Assembly (NCBI RefSeq): GCF_044324875.1
Contig: NZ_CP172185.1
DNA: 64,000 nucleotides
DNA from: Escherichia coli
Lineage (GTDB): Bacteria > Pseudomonadota > Gammaproteobacteria > Enterobacterales > Enterobacteriaceae
Strand: one strand, 5' to 3'
Numbering within the stretch: position 1 is the stretch's first letter; each line of letters opens with the position of its first letter. Under the pieces are notes generated by a model that was not told the DNA's origin, made no database searches, and saw only the letters and a program-made list of their open reading frames with translations. Below are positions 1-13,189 of the stretch, piece by piece. A program made the translations under genes and the position numbers.

Positions 1-663
1 AAGATTTTTATTAGCATTGGGTGGCTGGCGCTCTTGTTATTGAGTTTGCAACCGGTAGCCGACCGCCTGCTGCGTCCCATCGAAAGCACCTATCCGACAT
101 GGAATAATTCGCAAAAAGTGGACTATATCGTGGTGCTCGGAGGTGGTTATACCTGGAACCCGCAGTGGGCACCAAGCTCGAATTTAATCAATAACAGTCT
201 GCCCCGCCTGAATGAAGGTATTCGCTTATGGCGCGAAAATCCGGGATCAAAACTGATCTTCACGGGAGGCGTAGCAAAAACCAATACGGTGAGTACAGCC
301 GAAGTAGGTGCCCGAGTTGCGCAATCGCTGGGCGTGCCGCGCGAGCAAATTATCACTCTGGATTTGCCAAAAGATACCGAAGAAGAAGCTGCGGCAGTGA
401 AACAGGCGATTGGTGACGCCCCTTTCCTGCTGGTGACATCCGCGTCTCATTTGCCGCGGGCGATGATCTTTTTTCAGCAGGAAGGGTTAAATCCGCTGCC
501 AGCCCCGGCGAATCAGTTGGCCATCGACTCGCCGCTTAATCCGTGGGAACGGGCAATCCCTTCTCCGGTCTGGCTGATGCATAGCGATCGTGTTGGCTAT
601 GAAACGCTTGGCCGCATCTGGCAGTGGCTGAAAGGTCCGTCAGGCAAGCCACGGCAAGAGTGA
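1..663 (+). CDS. elyC: Envelope biogenesis factor ElyC (DUF218), 5'-truncated by window edge
   Basis: Open frame runs from position 1; translation matches DUF218/ElyC-type protein; synteny next to ycbJ-kdsB. Confidence 0.8.
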   Translation, partial: KIFISIGWLALLLLSLQPVADRLLRPIESTYPTWNNSQKVDYIVVLGGGYTWNPQWAPSSNLINNSLPRLNEGIRLWRENPGSKLIFTGGVAKTNTVSTAEVGARVAQSLGVPREQIITLDLPKDTEEEAAAVKQAIGDAPFLLVTSASHLPRAMIFFQQEGLNPLPAPANQLAIDSPLNPWERAIPSPVWLMHSDRVGYETLGRIWQWLKGPSGKPRQE

Positions 664-1533
664 TTTTGATGCCAGATCGAAGTTGCGCCGACTAAATCGT
701 CCGGTATTAACCAGTTGCGCAACTTCATCCCATAACACATACAACCAACGCCGCCAGATGAACGACTCCGCCACTGGCGCGCGTTGCAGGTAGCTCCAGA
801 GCAAATCTTCCGCCAGAGAATTATCCATTAGTCGGAACAGTTCGTATTCTCGCGGTGCCCAAAGCATTAGTCCCGGCCCGACCATCGCCAGTAACTGATC
901 GCTGCGCGAATCTTTCAGCATGCTGCGTAAACAGAAGTTACCGTGAATCAGCACACAATTGTCGTTAAAGCCTTCAAATAATGCCGGAAGACATTCGCGA
1001 GTACGAAACAGGATCCGCTTATCCTGCATCGTTAGACCGGTGTTATTGAACTGATTGAGCGTGGTCCATAGCACTTCAACATGTTGCCGGTACCATGAGG
1101 GCCAGAAATTTTCCTGAGTATTGTCGACCGCACCGACGCAACCGCGACTGTCCTGACGGTGCCAGGCCAGTAAGGCTTCAACGATTTGATCTTTGAGTTG
1201 TTCCCAGCGTTCTGGTGTTCGGGCTGGTGCCTCCACCGAAACACCACGCATCCGCTCCAGTAGCAGGACATCGGGGCCGGGGTGTTCTTCATGCGTCATC
1301 ACACCATAAATAGTCGGCATACGGACAGTCCCACTTCTTGCCAGCATGGTGGTTTTCCATGCCAGTTGTCGGGCTTTTCCGGGCGTACTAAAGCTTCTTG
1401 CCATTAACGGCATTGGGTTTCCCTGGCTGTCATACAAAGCCCACAACGCCGTATCCGCTTTTTCATTGACGCACTCAATACGACTGAGTTTTTCGCCCAG
1501 TAAATGGCTTAATTCGGCACGCAGCTGTTCCAT
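640..1533 (-). CDS. ycbJ: Putative phosphotransferase/kinase-like protein YcbJ (297 aa)
   Basis: 297-aa ORF, conserved position upstream of kdsB. Confidence 0.85.
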   Translation of the reverse strand: MEQLRAELSHLLGEKLSRIECVNEKADTALWALYDSQGNPMPLMARSFSTPGKARQLAWKTTMLARSGTVRMPTIYGVMTHEEHPGPDVLLLERMRGVSVEAPARTPERWEQLKDQIVEALLAWHRQDSRGCVGAVDNTQENFWPSWYRQHVEVLWTTLNQFNNTGLTMQDKRILFRTRECLPALFEGFNDNCVLIHGNFCLRSMLKDSRSDQLLAMVGPGLMLWAPREYELFRLMDNSLAEDLLWSYLQRAPVAESFIWRRWLYVLWDEVAQLVNTGRFSRRNFDLASKSLLPWLA

Positions 1534-1686
1534 TCAGATTACCCTCATAAAAGCTACTGCTTTCATAATGAGCGCCAATATAAAAGATGTCACCTGAATG
1601 AGATCAATTGTTGAAAAGAAAAATTGAGGAAAATCGTAACGGTACGACACTCCTCCCAAAATTGGCTGGAGTGTCGTGAAGTGAAA

Positions 1687-2612
<926 letters not shown>

Positions 2613-2663
2613 AGTTCCTCCAGATGGATCGGGTTATGAATGCATAAATCTTATCATAATCAT

Positions 2664-3896
2664 TTATGCGACGGGGTCTATTTCCCAGCCAGTGCGGCAA
2701 TCAGTAAAGAGGCCTTGCGGGCAGCGTCCTAATGTCACCCGCGTTGCCTGCTGCCAGTTAGCGAAATCAGTAATCGCCTGACGTAACCCTTTTTGCAGCG
2801 TTGTCGTTGGTTTAATGCCTTCCTGTAACCACAGAGAGATAACTTCAAGGATGCCTGTCTGGCGATGCATTTTGGCATCCATTCGCCCAACTAATTGCCC
2901 ACGATGTAATAACGGCAGAACAAAATAGCCATACTGGCGTTTCGGCGCTGGGGTATAGCACTCCAGCCGGTAGCTAAAATCAAAAAGCTGCTCTGCGCGT
3001 TTACGATCCCAGACAACAGGATCAAAAGGCGAAAGTACCGCGCTGTGCGTTGCAGTGAGCTTTCCGGCCAGCGCACGCTCGAGTAGCGGCAGCAAATCAG
3101 CATGCAGCCAAATATTGCCCAATTTTTCAACATGCACAGCAATGATTTGCCGCTGTTCAGCCCTCGCTTCGCGCCACGCTGCCAGTGCCGGACGTTTCAG
3201 CCGATAGTAATCTGCCAGCCACTGTTCGCGGAATATTCCCAGGCTACGCGCACTGTTATCCAGCATGATGATTTCTGCTTCTGTTTGCGAAACGAGATCG
3301 CGCTCATCATCCCAGTCAGGCATGACACGGTAGGTTAAATCATAAACGCGCTGGAAGTTGCGCCGTTCAATCACCATCACTTTCCCGGCAGTAAATAAAC
3401 CTTCCAGATGCCGTTTATGCGGCTTCCATTCCCACCAGCCGCTTGCACCTTTACGAGGATGCTCAAAATCGGCTGAACGTACCGGCCCCTTATCATGAAT
3501 ATGCTGAATTAACTGTGCAATTTCCGCCTCATGTTCCTGCATCCAGGCGTCATTGTATTTCCAGCCCATTTTTTCAGGTGCCAGCATGCGGTGGCGAATA
3601 AGACGAAAGTCGCTACGCGGCATAAAGCAGGCTTCATGCGCCCAGTATTCCATTAATTCGCCACGCGCCAGAGACTCATCCAGCCACTGGGCAGGATAAT
3701 TTCCCAGACGACTGAAAAGCACCAGATATGGACTACGGGCAACAATATTAATGGTATCGATTTGCAGCAAGGACATGCGGGAGATCGTTGCCGGAATATC
3801 CTCCAACGATGCTCGACGGCGGGGTTTGTTTAACAGGCCTTGCGCGGCGAGGTGAAGATTACGCGCATCAGCAAGAGAGAGGTGCGGCAGCGACAT
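2664..3896 (-). CDS. ycaQ: Winged-helix DNA-binding protein YcaQ (410 aa)
   Basis: 410-aa ORF in conserved position between lpxK and ycaR. Confidence 0.9.
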   Translation of the reverse strand: MSLPHLSLADARNLHLAAQGLLNKPRRRASLEDIPATISRMSLLQIDTINIVARSPYLVLFSRLGNYPAQWLDESLARGELMEYWAHEACFMPRSDFRLIRHRMLAPEKMGWKYNDAWMQEHEAEIAQLIQHIHDKGPVRSADFEHPRKGASGWWEWKPHKRHLEGLFTAGKVMVIERRNFQRVYDLTYRVMPDWDDERDLVSQTEAEIIMLDNSARSLGIFREQWLADYYRLKRPALAAWREARAEQRQIIAVHVEKLGNIWLHADLLPLLERALAGKLTATHSAVLSPFDPVVWDRKRAEQLFDFSYRLECYTPAPKRQYGYFVLPLLHRGQLVGRMDAKMHRQTGILEVISLWLQEGIKPTTTLQKGLRQAITDFANWQQATRVTLGRCPQGLFTDCRTGWEIDPVA

Positions 3897-3932
3897 TCAT
3901 GACTCCATCAATCGAACGCTGCCGCGGCGTAA

Positions 3933-4919
3933 CTAGTTGCCAGAAGCCAGCGAGGTTAGTTGCGCAAGCAGTTTCGCTGGTTCATCACCTGAAAGCTGTG
4001 CGTCTACAGGCAAATACCACCAATTTTCTTCTGCAAAGGCCCGGCATTTCACCGCATCTTTTTCAGTCATTACCAGCGTTTGCCCGGCGTTTACCAACGC
4101 GCTGACATCCGCATGGTTCAAAGACTGATGATCGGCCAGCGGTACACATTTTTCCGGTTGTACGCCGCACATCTTCAGCGTGGCAAAAAAGCGCGGCGGA
4201 TGTCCAATCCCCGCCATCGCCACTACATGTTCAAGCTGAGCAACGTCACAACGCGTACCGGTACGTAAATTCACCGCCTGACCCGGCAGCAGATGCATGG
4301 GGATTTCACCGCTGCGGGGGACACCGCCGTTGACGATTACCGCATCAACCGACTTTAAGCGCCCCGCTCGCTCACGCATTGGCCCCGCCGGCAACCACCA
4401 ACCATTGCCAAAGCGACGCACACCATCAATAACGACAATTTCCACATCACGCGCCAGACGGTAATGCTGTAAACCGTCGTCGGTTACGATGATCTGCACA
4501 TCAGGGTGTTGCGCCAGAATGGCTTTTACCGCATCAGAACGCACGGGAGAAACCGCAACGGGCGCGCCAGTGCGTTGATAAATCAACACAGGTTCATCAC
4601 CCGCCTGTGCTGTGGTGGTATCTGCCGACAATAACAGCGGATAAGATTCAGCCTTACCACCATATCCCCGCGATACGACCCCCACGCGAATACCGCGCTG
4701 TTGCAGCTGTTCCACCAGCCAGATAACGACCGGGGTTTTTCCGTTGCCGCCTGCGGTGAGATTACCAACCACGACAACCGGTACGGGGGCACGCCAGGCG
4801 CGCTTCAGTTTTAGTTTATAGCAAAGACGGATCGCGCCACTCACCAGGCCATACAACCAGGAGAGTGGCAGCAATAGCCGCCACAAAGGGGATTCACCAG
4901 ACCAGATTTTTTCGATCAT
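3933..4919 (-). CDS. lpxK: Tetraacyldisaccharide 4'-kinase
   Basis: 328-aa ORF with P-loop [14 protein letters not shown]; overlaps msbA stop. Confidence 0.96.
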   Translation of the reverse strand: MIEKIWSGESPLWRLLLPLSWLYGLVSGAIRLCYKLKLKRAWRAPVPVVVVGNLTAGGNGKTPVVIWLVEQLQQRGIRVGVVSRGYGGKAESYPLLLSADTTTAQAGDEPVLIYQRTGAPVAVSPVRSDAVKAILAQHPDVQIIVTDDGLQHYRLARDVEIVVIDGVRRFGNGWWLPAGPMRERAGRLKSVDAVIVNGGVPRSGEIPMHLLPGQAVNLRTGTRCDVAQLEHVVAMAGIGHPPRFFATLKMCGVQPEKCVPLADHQSLNHADVSALVNAGQTLVMTEKDAVKCRAFAEENWWYLPVDAQLSGDEPAKLLAQLTSLASGN

Positions 4920-6664
4920 TGACCAAACTGCATTTTGTGAAGTTGCGCGTAAACGCCACGGTGCTCAAGCAAATCGTTATGCGTACCGCGTTCCACAATG
5001 ACACCATCCTCGACGACCACGATTTCGTCTGCCTTTTCAATGGTAGACAAGCGGTGGGCAATCACCAGAGAGGTACGGTTTTTCTGCAACTCATCCAGTG
5101 CCGCCTGAATCGCACGTTCGGATTCGGTATCCAACGCCGAGGTAGCTTCGTCCAGAATCAGAATCGGGCTATCACGCAACAAGGCTCGAGCGATGGCAAT
5201 ACGCTGACGCTGACCGCCAGAGAGCAGCACGCCGTTTTCACCAATCACTGTATCGAGACCGTTATCCATCTTATTGATGAAGTCCATGGCGTAGGCCATA
5301 CGCGCCGCTTCTTCAATTTGCTCACGGCTGTACTGTTCAGTCCGTGCGTAAGCAATGTTGTTGGCAACCGTATCGTTAAACAGATGGACATTCTGCGACA
5401 CCAGAGCAACCTGGTTACGTAACGACGCCAGGGTATACTCGCGCAGATCGTGACCATCCATCAGGATTTCGCCTTCATCAATATCGTAAAAACGTGTGAT
5501 TAGGCTGGCGATGGTTGATTTACCTGAACCAGAGCGTCCAACCAGAGCAACCGTCTTCCCTGCCGGAATTTTCAGGTTGATGTTACGCAATGCGGGCACG
5601 TCACGTCCCGGATAAGTAAAGGTGACATTGCGGAATTCCACGTCGCCAGTCGCACGCTCGATCACGCGCTTACCTTCGTCTTTCTCCTGCTCACTGTCCA
5701 GAATGGTAAACAGCGTCTGACAAGCCGCCATACCGCGCTGGAACTGGGCGTTAACGTTGGTCAGCGATTTCAGCGGACGCATCAGTGCAATCATTGAAGA
5801 GAAAACAACGGTAATCGTACCGGCAGTCAGGCTATCCATGACACTTGGGAAGCTCGCCGCATACAGAACAAACGCCAGCGCCAAAGAGGCGATCAGCTGA
5901 ATGATCGGATCAGAGATGGAAGAGGCTGAAACCATTTTCATCCCCTGAAGACGCATTCGGTTACTGACTTTATCGAAGCGTTTCGTTTCCACTTCCTGAC
6001 CACCGAAAATCAATACTTCTTTGTGGCCCTTCAGCATTTGTTCTGCGCTGGTGGTCACCTGCCCCATGGTGTTCTGCATGTTTTTACTGATGTTACGAAA
6101 ACGCTTCGATACAACGCGAATCGCAATCGAAACAATCGGTGCCAGCACAATCAAAATGATCGACAGTTGCCAGCTGTAATAGAACATCATGATGAACAGG
6201 CCGATGATCGACGCACCTTCACGCACAACAGTAATCAGTGCGCCGGAAGAAGAAGAAGCAACCTGTTCGGAATCGTAGGTGATACGTGACAACAGCGTAC
6301 CCGTTGACTGTTTGTCAAAAAATGAAACAGGCATTCCCATCATGTGACCAAACAGGCGGCGACGCATGGTCATTACCACCTTTCCTGATACCCAGGAGAT
6401 ACAGTAGCTGGAGACATAGCTGGTGATACCACGTAAAATCATCAGCCCGATCACCACCAGCGGCATCCACACCAGCACGGAGCGATCTGTTTTACCAAAG
6501 CCATCATCAAGAAGTGGCTTAAGGAGCGATAACATGAAGGTATCGCTGGCTGCGTTGAGGATTAACGCTACGCCCGCCACGATCAGACCCGCTTTAAAAG
6601 GCGCAATGGTTGGCCACAGTCGGCGGAACGTCTGCCACGTAGAGAGATCTTTGTCGTTATGCAT
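4916..6664 (-). CDS. msbA: Lipid A/LPS ABC exporter (flippase) MsbA
   Basis: 582-aa ORF with TM domain plus ABC ATPase motifs ([17 protein letters not shown]). Confidence 0.97.
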   Translation of the reverse strand: MHNDKDLSTWQTFRRLWPTIAPFKAGLIVAGVALILNAASDTFMLSLLKPLLDDGFGKTDRSVLVWMPLVVIGLMILRGITSYVSSYCISWVSGKVVMTMRRRLFGHMMGMPVSFFDKQSTGTLLSRITYDSEQVASSSSGALITVVREGASIIGLFIMMFYYSWQLSIILIVLAPIVSIAIRVVSKRFRNISKNMQNTMGQVTTSAEQMLKGHKEVLIFGGQEVETKRFDKVSNRMRLQGMKMVSASSISDPIIQLIASLALAFVLYAASFPSVMDSLTAGTITVVFSSMIALMRPLKSLTNVNAQFQRGMAACQTLFTILDSEQEKDEGKRVIERATGDVEFRNVTFTYPGRDVPALRNINLKIPAGKTVALVGRSGSGKSTIASLITRFYDIDEGEILMDGHDLREYTLASLRNQVALVSQNVHLFNDTVANNIAYARTEQYSREQIEEAARMAYAMDFINKMDNGLDTVIGENGVLLSGGQRQRIAIARALLRDSPILILDEATSALDTESERAIQAALDELQKNRTSLVIAHRLSTIEKADEIVVVEDGVIVERGTHNDLLEHRGVYAQLHKMQFGQ

Positions 6665-6700
6665 TCAAAAAACCAGCATTTGTTGAAATAGCCGCATATT

Positions 6701-8965
6701 CTACCCGTTATCCACTGGCACGCCAAACCACTGATGATACCAACGAGGTAAAATTTGCTCCCTGAGGCTGCTAATCCGCCAGCCTTGCGCTGAAAAATTG
6801 ACCGTTATTTGCCCCTGATGAGGAGTATCAAGCCACTTATAACCCTGTTGTTGATAGCGATGTTTAACTTTGCTTGAGGGCAGTCGCCATGCGTTATAGC
6901 GCGATGCCGATGCGAGTGCCACTTTTCCATTCACTCGCTGAATTAATGGCAACGATGATGAGGTATTACTGCCATGGTGAGGTATCTGAAGTAATGTTGC
7001 CTGCATTTGCTGCCAGTAACGGCTTAGCATCTTTTGTTCAGCGGGGGCTTCAATATCACCGGTTAGAAGAATGCTATTCGTCCCGTCATCAACCTTAACC
7101 ACACAGGAATGGTTATTTCCTTTATCGTTGCTACCTTGTAAAGGCCAGTGCGCGCTGAAACGCAATCCTTGCCATTGCCACGCTTCGCCACGCACACAGG
7201 GCTGATGATGTTCCCAGTTTAACGGACTTCTGATCCATAACATCGGCCATGTATGCAATATTGAGTCCAGCCCTCCCCGGTGATCCAGATGTTCATGACT
7301 CAGAATAACGCCTTCCGGTTCAAGATTATGCCAGTGGAGCCAGGGGATAATCAGTTGTTGCCCACTATCTCCTTCAGGCCAGGCCAGTCCCGTGTCATAG
7401 AGAATCGCTTTGCCGTTTCTGGCTATCACCATTGCCAGCCCTTGCCCGACATCAAGCATGTACACTTGCCACTCGTCAGGTCGAGGTTTTTGCCACAGCG
7501 GCCAGCACATCAGCAAGCCTCCAGCCACACACATTGCTGGCAACGTTCGCCAGGCGTTTAATCGCCATACCACCAGTAAGAACCATGGGGAAAATGATAG
7601 CCATTGCCAACGTTCAGCAATGTTGATCCACCCTTCCGGCAAACTCTTTAACCCCCAGAAAAGTAAAGCCAAAGACCGGTCGGCAAGAAAGCATAACCCC
7701 TGTTCCAGGATTAACGGCCCGCTTAAATGCACAACCATCGCGGCGAGGATTAATGGAACCGTGATAAATGTCACCAGGGGAATTGCAAAAAGATTTGCAA
7801 TAAACGAGGTCAGACTAATGCCATGAAATATGACGATTTGCACGGGCATAAGCAGGAGTGTGATTCCCAGTTGCAGATGGATGAGGGAAACAACCGCACG
7901 CAATACCGGCGGCAGCTGCCACTCAGGACAGGGAAACCACTGATACCAAAAAATCAGTGCCGCGACCGCAGCGGCAGAGAGCCATAAACTTTGCGAGAGA
8001 ATGGCAACAGGATCCATCAGCAAAATTGCCGCCAGACAACATATCCACACATCCCAGCCACTCCATTGTCGCCCACTTAACTTAAGCATTCCCCACATGG
8101 CAAGCGCCACCACGGTACGCAATGCAGGAGGTTGCATCCCAGTCAGCCAGGCATAAAAAGCAGCACAGCAGATTCCGCCAATTAATGGCATTTGCCAGTG
8201 GATCCAGCGCCCAGGCAGAAAAACTTGCCCACCGCGAATGAGTCCGGCAGCCAGCAACGCCGCAAAAGCGATATGCAATCCCGATATCGCCATTAAATGC
8301 GCCGTTCCAGTATCGCGCATGATATTTTTGATTTCTTTGGGAACGGATAACCGTTCCCCCATACCTAAACCAAGAATAACCGCATTCCACGGATAGGGTT
8401 GCAGCGTTGTTTGTAATGACGCCAGATACTGTGCACGCAAGCTACAATTCGGTTCAATGACACTTGCCTGCAGAAAGCGGCCGGTCAGCGGCTGATGCTG
8501 GGCAATGGCATAACGCTGGCTATCAAAGCTGCCATCATTAAGTTGGCCATGAACTGCACGAACTTTGAGTTTCATTGACCATAGTTGTCCGGCACAAACC
8601 GCTTGCGGGAGATATTCACCATACAGCACGAGGCCTGGCGCAGGGAATATACGTCGACCTTGTAGATGAGTGATTTGACCGTAATGAGTGGTCATGCCGT
8701 CAGTAGCAGTGATCTCAACTATTGCATCCTGCGTCGCGCCAGTTAAGGTTTCTCCTGCCCACAAAATTTGCTTTGCCGCTGATATGCCCCAAAGAAAAAA
8801 CAGCAACGTCAGCGCGATATAACGGACGGCTTTAACAGGAATAAATGCCAGTACGCAGGCGAAGACAGTCAGAAACGCAAGGGTTAATGTCCCAGGCAAT
8901 TGGGGCAAAACCAGCAACGGAAAAATTCCGCAAATTATGCATACGCCGACTGTCGTTATTTTCAT
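6701..8965 (-). CDS. ycaI: ComEC/Rec2-family inner membrane protein YcaI
   Basis: Start chosen at internal ATG (MKITTVG) preceded by GGGAGGGG SD; ~754 aa polytopic membrane protein with C-terminal metallo-beta-lactamase-like HxHxDH. Confidence 0.88.
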   Translation of the reverse strand: MKITTVGVCIICGIFPLLVLPQLPGTLTLAFLTVFACVLAFIPVKAVRYIALTLLFFLWGISAAKQILWAGETLTGATQDAIVEITATDGMTTHYGQITHLQGRRIFPAPGLVLYGEYLPQAVCAGQLWSMKLKVRAVHGQLNDGSFDSQRYAIAQHQPLTGRFLQASVIEPNCSLRAQYLASLQTTLQPYPWNAVILGLGMGERLSVPKEIKNIMRDTGTAHLMAISGLHIAFAALLAAGLIRGGQVFLPGRWIHWQMPLIGGICCAAFYAWLTGMQPPALRTVVALAMWGMLKLSGRQWSGWDVWICCLAAILLMDPVAILSQSLWLSAAAVAALIFWYQWFPCPEWQLPPVLRAVVSLIHLQLGITLLLMPVQIVIFHGISLTSFIANLFAIPLVTFITVPLILAAMVVHLSGPLILEQGLCFLADRSLALLFWGLKSLPEGWINIAERWQWLSFSPWFLLVVWRLNAWRTLPAMCVAGGLLMCWPLWQKPRPDEWQVYMLDVGQGLAMVIARNGKAILYDTGLAWPEGDSGQQLIIPWLHWHNLEPEGVILSHEHLDHRGGLDSILHTWPMLWIRSPLNWEHHQPCVRGEAWQWQGLRFSAHWPLQGSNDKGNNHSCVVKVDDGTNSILLTGDIEAPAEQKMLSRYWQQMQATLLQIPHHGSNTSSSLPLIQRVNGKVALASASRYNAWRLPSSKVKHRYQQQGYKWLDTPHQGQITVNFSAQGWRISSLREQILPRWYHQWFGVPVDNG

Positions 8966-9120
8966 GCACCCCTCCCTGTTTATGGAAAGTGTGCAACTTT
9001 GTTGAGCGGTTGTCTGGTGGGAGTTTTGCGTTCCCCGAGGCACGTTCAGAAGAATTTAACGAGAGGGTGAAAACTGCTCAAAACTCTGCGAGGCAGCCTC
9101 CAGTTCCAGATTAGAGAAAT

Positions 9121-9148
9121 GAAAAAAGCACCCGACAGGTGCTTTTCT
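9121..9148 (-). terminator. Rho-independent terminator downstream of ihfB
   Basis: Minus-strand hairpin AGCACC-N5-GGTGCT followed by T6. Confidence 0.6.
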
Positions 9149-9171
9149 CGCGTTCAAGTTTGAGTAAAAAC

Positions 9172-9456
9172 TTAACCGTAAATATTGGCGCGATCGCGCA
9201 GTTCTTTACCTGGTTTAAAGTGAGGAACGTATTTTCCTTCCAGTTCTACTTTATCGCCAGTCTTCGGATTACGTCCGGTACGTGGTGCGCGGTAGTGCAA
9301 AGAGAAACTGCCGAAACCGCGGATTTCAATACGCTCGCCCTGCGCAAGAGTCGAGGCCATATGCTCCAGCATCTCTTTTACTGCATCTTCAACCGTCTTG
9401 GCGGGAATGTGCGATTGCTGGGTGGCAAGTCTTTCTATCAATTCTGACTTGGTCAT
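9172..9456 (-). CDS. ihfB: Integration host factor beta subunit
   Basis: 94-aa [13 protein letters not shown]...[17 protein letters not shown] fold signature. Confidence 0.97.
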
Positions 9457-9615
9457 GATTCCTCCGGTTCCTTAAAGGCAAATTTAGCGGCTGCTGTTGC
9501 TGCATTGATTAAGGGCGGCCGTAGCCGCCCTTAGTGCTTGATTACAGGACGAAACCTGCAATCTGTCAAGTAAACTCAACAAACTTCGGAATAAAAATCC
9601 CGAAGAGTCAGAGAA

Positions 9616-11289
9616 TTACTCGCCTTTAGCTGCTTTGAAAGCTTCAGCCATTGCGTTGTTGGAGAAGTTTGCATCTTCCTGTTTGTTAACAGTTGCGATT
9701 GCATCTTTCTCGTCAGCTTCGTCTTTCGCACGAACAGACAGGCTGATTGCGCGGTTTTTACGATCAACGCCGGTGAATTTAGCTTCAACTTCGTCGCCAA
9801 CGCTCAGAACCAGGGTAGCGTCTTCAACGCGGTCACGGGATGCTTCAGAAGCACGCAGGTAACCTTCAACGCCGTCAGCCAGTTCTACGGTTGCGCCTTT
9901 AGCGTCAACTGCAGTTACTTTACCGGTTACGATAGCGCCTTTCTTGTTCAGAGCAACCCAGTTGTTGAACGGATCTTCTGCGAGCTGTTTAACGCCCAGG
10001 GAGATACGTTCACGTTCTGCGTCAACCTGCAGAACAACTGCAGCGATTTCGTCGCCTTTTTTGTATTCACGAACTGCTTCTTCGCCTGCAACGTTCCAGG
10101 AGATGTCAGACAGGTGAACCAGGCCGTCGATGCCGCCGTCCAGGCCGATGAAGATACCGAAGTCAGTGATAGACTTGATTTTACCTTCAACACGGTCACC
10201 CTTGTTGTGGGTTTCCGCGAACTGCTGCCACGGGTTAGCTTTGCACTGTTTCAGACCCAGGGAGATACGACGACGTTCTTCGTCGATATCCAGAACCATA
10301 ACTTCCACTACATCGCCAACGTTAACAACTTTGGACGGGTGGATGTTTTTGTTGGTCCAATCCATTTCGGAAACGTGTACCAGGCCTTCAACGCCTTCTT
10401 CGATTTCAACGAAGCAGCCGTAGTCGGTCAGGTTGGTCACGCGACCAGTCAGTTTGGTACCTTCCGGATAACGTTTAGCGATAGCTACCCACGGATCTTC
10501 GCCCAGCTGTTTCAGGCCCAGGGATACACGGGTACGTTCGCGGTCGAACTTCAGCACTTTAACAGTGATTTCGTCGCCCACGTTGACGATTTCGCTCGGA
10601 TGCTTAACGCGTTTCCAGGCCATGTCAGTGATGTGCAGCAGGCCGTCAACGCCGCCCAGATCAACGAATGCACCGTAGTCAGTGAGGTTCTTAACGATAC
10701 CTTTAACTTCCATGCCTTCCTGCAGGTTTTCCAGCAGCTGATCGCGCTCTGCGCTGTTTTCGGATTCGATAACGGCACGACGAGAAACAACAACGTTGTT
10801 GCGCTTCTGATCCAGCTTGATTACTTTGAATTCAAGCTCTTTGCCTTCCAGGTGCAGAGTGTCACGCACCGGACGAACGTCTACCAGAGAACCTGGCAGG
10901 AACGCACGAATACCGTTCAGCTCAACAGTGAAGCCGCCCTTAACTTTGCCGTTGATAACACCGGTAACAGTTTCAGCATCTTCGTAAGCTTTTTCCAGCG
11001 TGATCCAGGCTTCGTGACGTTTAGCTTTCTCACGGGACAGCAGAGTTTCACCGAAGCCGTCTTCTACTGCGTCCAGAGCAACGTCAACTTCGTCACCTAC
11101 CTGGATTTCCAGCTCGCCCTGGGCGTTTTTGAACTGCTCAGCCGGGATGGCGGACTCAGATTTCAGACCAGCGTCAACCAGTACTACGTCTTTGTCGATA
11201 GCAACAACAACGCCACGAACGATAGAACCCGGGCGGGTTTCGATTTCTTTTAAGGACTCTTCAAAGAGTTGAGCAAAAGATTCAGTCAT
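9616..11289 (-). CDS. rpsA: 30S ribosomal protein S1
   Basis: 557-aa [24 protein letters not shown] with six S1 repeats; strong codon bias creates a spurious antisense ORF. Confidence 0.98.
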
Positions 11290-11399
11290 GTTTAATCTTC
11301 AGGTTTATATTTAACGTCCACCTGGCTCCATGCCGGATGGGGTTGTTTAACATACCCGCTGTCATTCCATTGCAACGGGGGTACTGCAAATTCGGTCGC

Positions 11400-12083
11400 T
11401 TATGCGAGAGCCAATTTCTGGCGCGCGTATTGTAGCGCTTTTTCAATCACTTGCTCAATGCTTAAGGTGGTGGAATCCAACACTAAAGCATCGGCTGCCG
11501 GAACCAGTGGCGCTACCGCTCGGTTACGATCGCGGTCGTCGCGTTCTTTGATCTCGGCCAAAAGGCGCTCAAAGTTAACACTAAAGCCCTTCTCCTGCAA
11601 CTGTAGCATGCGGCGATGCGCACGTTCTTCCGAGGAGGCGTCAAGGAAAATTTTCACTGGCGCATCAGGGAATACCACCGTTCCCATGTCGCGGCCATCG
11701 GCAATCAAGCCTGGTAATTCGCGAAACGCGCGTTGGCGACGCAATAATGCTTCACGAACGCGTGGGAATGCCGCGACTTGTGAAGCAGCATTCGCCACTT
11801 CCTGAGTACGAATTTCGCCACTGACATCTTCCCCTTCGAGGATCACTTCCAGATTGCCATTGGTCGACACAAAACGTACATCCAGATGGGATGCCAGCGG
11901 CACAAGCGCATCTTCCGATGCAACATCAACATGGTGATGTAATGCCGCCAGTGCCAGTACGCGATAAATTGCACCCGAGTCCAGCAGATGCCATTGCAAC
12001 GCTTCCGCCATAGCCTTACACAAGGTGCCTTTCCCTGCACCGCTTGGGCCATCAATGGTAATAACCGGGGCAATTGCCGTCAT
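11400..12083 (-). CDS. cmk: Cytidylate kinase
   Basis: 227-aa ORF with P-loop GPSGAGKGT. Confidence 0.97.
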
Positions 12084-12255
12084 CTTTATCTCCTTAAAAC
12101 AGGCGTACCGTTAACATAACCGCGCGCATTATACGCGCCGACGCCACAAATCGTTAACGTTGTGTGCAAAAACCAGTTTTGTCTGTATTCAGATGGGGAT
12201 TTATTGCGCAATTATAGCGGGCTGGCAGAAGACCAGCCCGAAAGATGACAATGAT

Positions 12256-13020
12256 TTACTTACCAGAGGCGATACGATCACGGATGTGTTGCGCACGCTC
12301 TGTTGATGGTGGGTGAGAGTCAAACATGGACTGGGTACGACCGCCATCCAGGCTGGCCAATTTTTCAAAGCTGCCAACCAGCCCCTGGGTGCTGATGCCA
12401 CGTTTCTTCAACAGATCAAAGGAGAAATCATCTGCTTCGGACTCTTTATCGCGGGAGTATTTAGCATTGATCGCGCCTTCTGCGATATCACCTAATTGTG
12501 AGCGAGAAAGCTGGGAAGCCACACCGCTGGTAGCGGAAATCGCATCACGTGCGGCAACGATCGCATAAGAAGCTTTCATTTCAGCCAGCGAGTGACCCAA
12601 CGCGACGTGGCCCAGTTCATGACCCAGAACGCCTTCAATTTCGTTGTCGTTCATCATGTCCATCAGGCCACTGTAGACACGAACACAGCCGTTCGCCATC
12701 GCCCATGCGTTGACGTCGCTGGTCATATAAACCTTATAGTTGACCGGCGTGCCATTAATATTGTTACCCAATGCTTTGGCGATTTTTGCCAGACGTTTAC
12801 CGTACTTGCTGGATTTACTTGCGACTTTATTGCCGCTGTCCATTTCGACACAGCCCTGATTGGCGATTGCTTTAGCATCAGCATCGCTTAATGTTGCGGC
12901 TTTATAAGCATTCAGACCTGAGCTGATAGCCAAATCGGTATTAATACCGTGCGTATTCTGACATCCTGTCAGTAAGGCTGCAGAGGTCGCAATCGCCAGC
13001 AATAATTTAGTATTCTTCAT
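12256..13020 (-). CDS. ycaL: M48-family metalloprotease lipoprotein YcaL
   Basis: Lipobox LLTGC and HELGH zinc motif; start set at second ATG (MKNTKLL), alternative start at 13029. Confidence 0.85.
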   Translation of the reverse strand: MKNTKLLLAIATSAALLTGCQNTHGINTDLAISSGLNAYKAATLSDADAKAIANQGCVEMDSGNKVASKSSKYGKRLAKIAKALGNNINGTPVNYKVYMTSDVNAWAMANGCVRVYSGLMDMMNDNEIEGVLGHELGHVALGHSLAEMKASYAIVAARDAISATSGVASQLSRSQLGDIAEGAINAKYSRDKESEADDFSFDLLKKRGISTQGLVGSFEKLASLDGGRTQSMFDSHPPSTERAQHIRDRIASGK

Positions 13021-13117
13021 GTGAATCATCCGTTGATTAATTATATATAAACATTATGTATCAATAAGTTACATTGATAATTAACGCTACCATTAATAAA
13101 AATACCCCACAAGGTCC

Positions 13118-13148
13118 GAAAAAAAACGCCGGCAATGTGCCGACGTCT
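13118..13148 (-). terminator. Rho-independent terminator after aroA
   Basis: Minus-strand hairpin (GACGTCGGCA / TGCCGGCGT) followed by T8. Confidence 0.6.
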
Positions 13149-13189
13149 TTGAAAAGAAAGGATTGTCTATGTTATCGCCCGTTATTCAT

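Noticed and set aside
10114-11253. 379-aa antisense ORF inside rpsA
   Set aside because: Shadow ORF of ribosomal protein S1; no RBS and biased composition.
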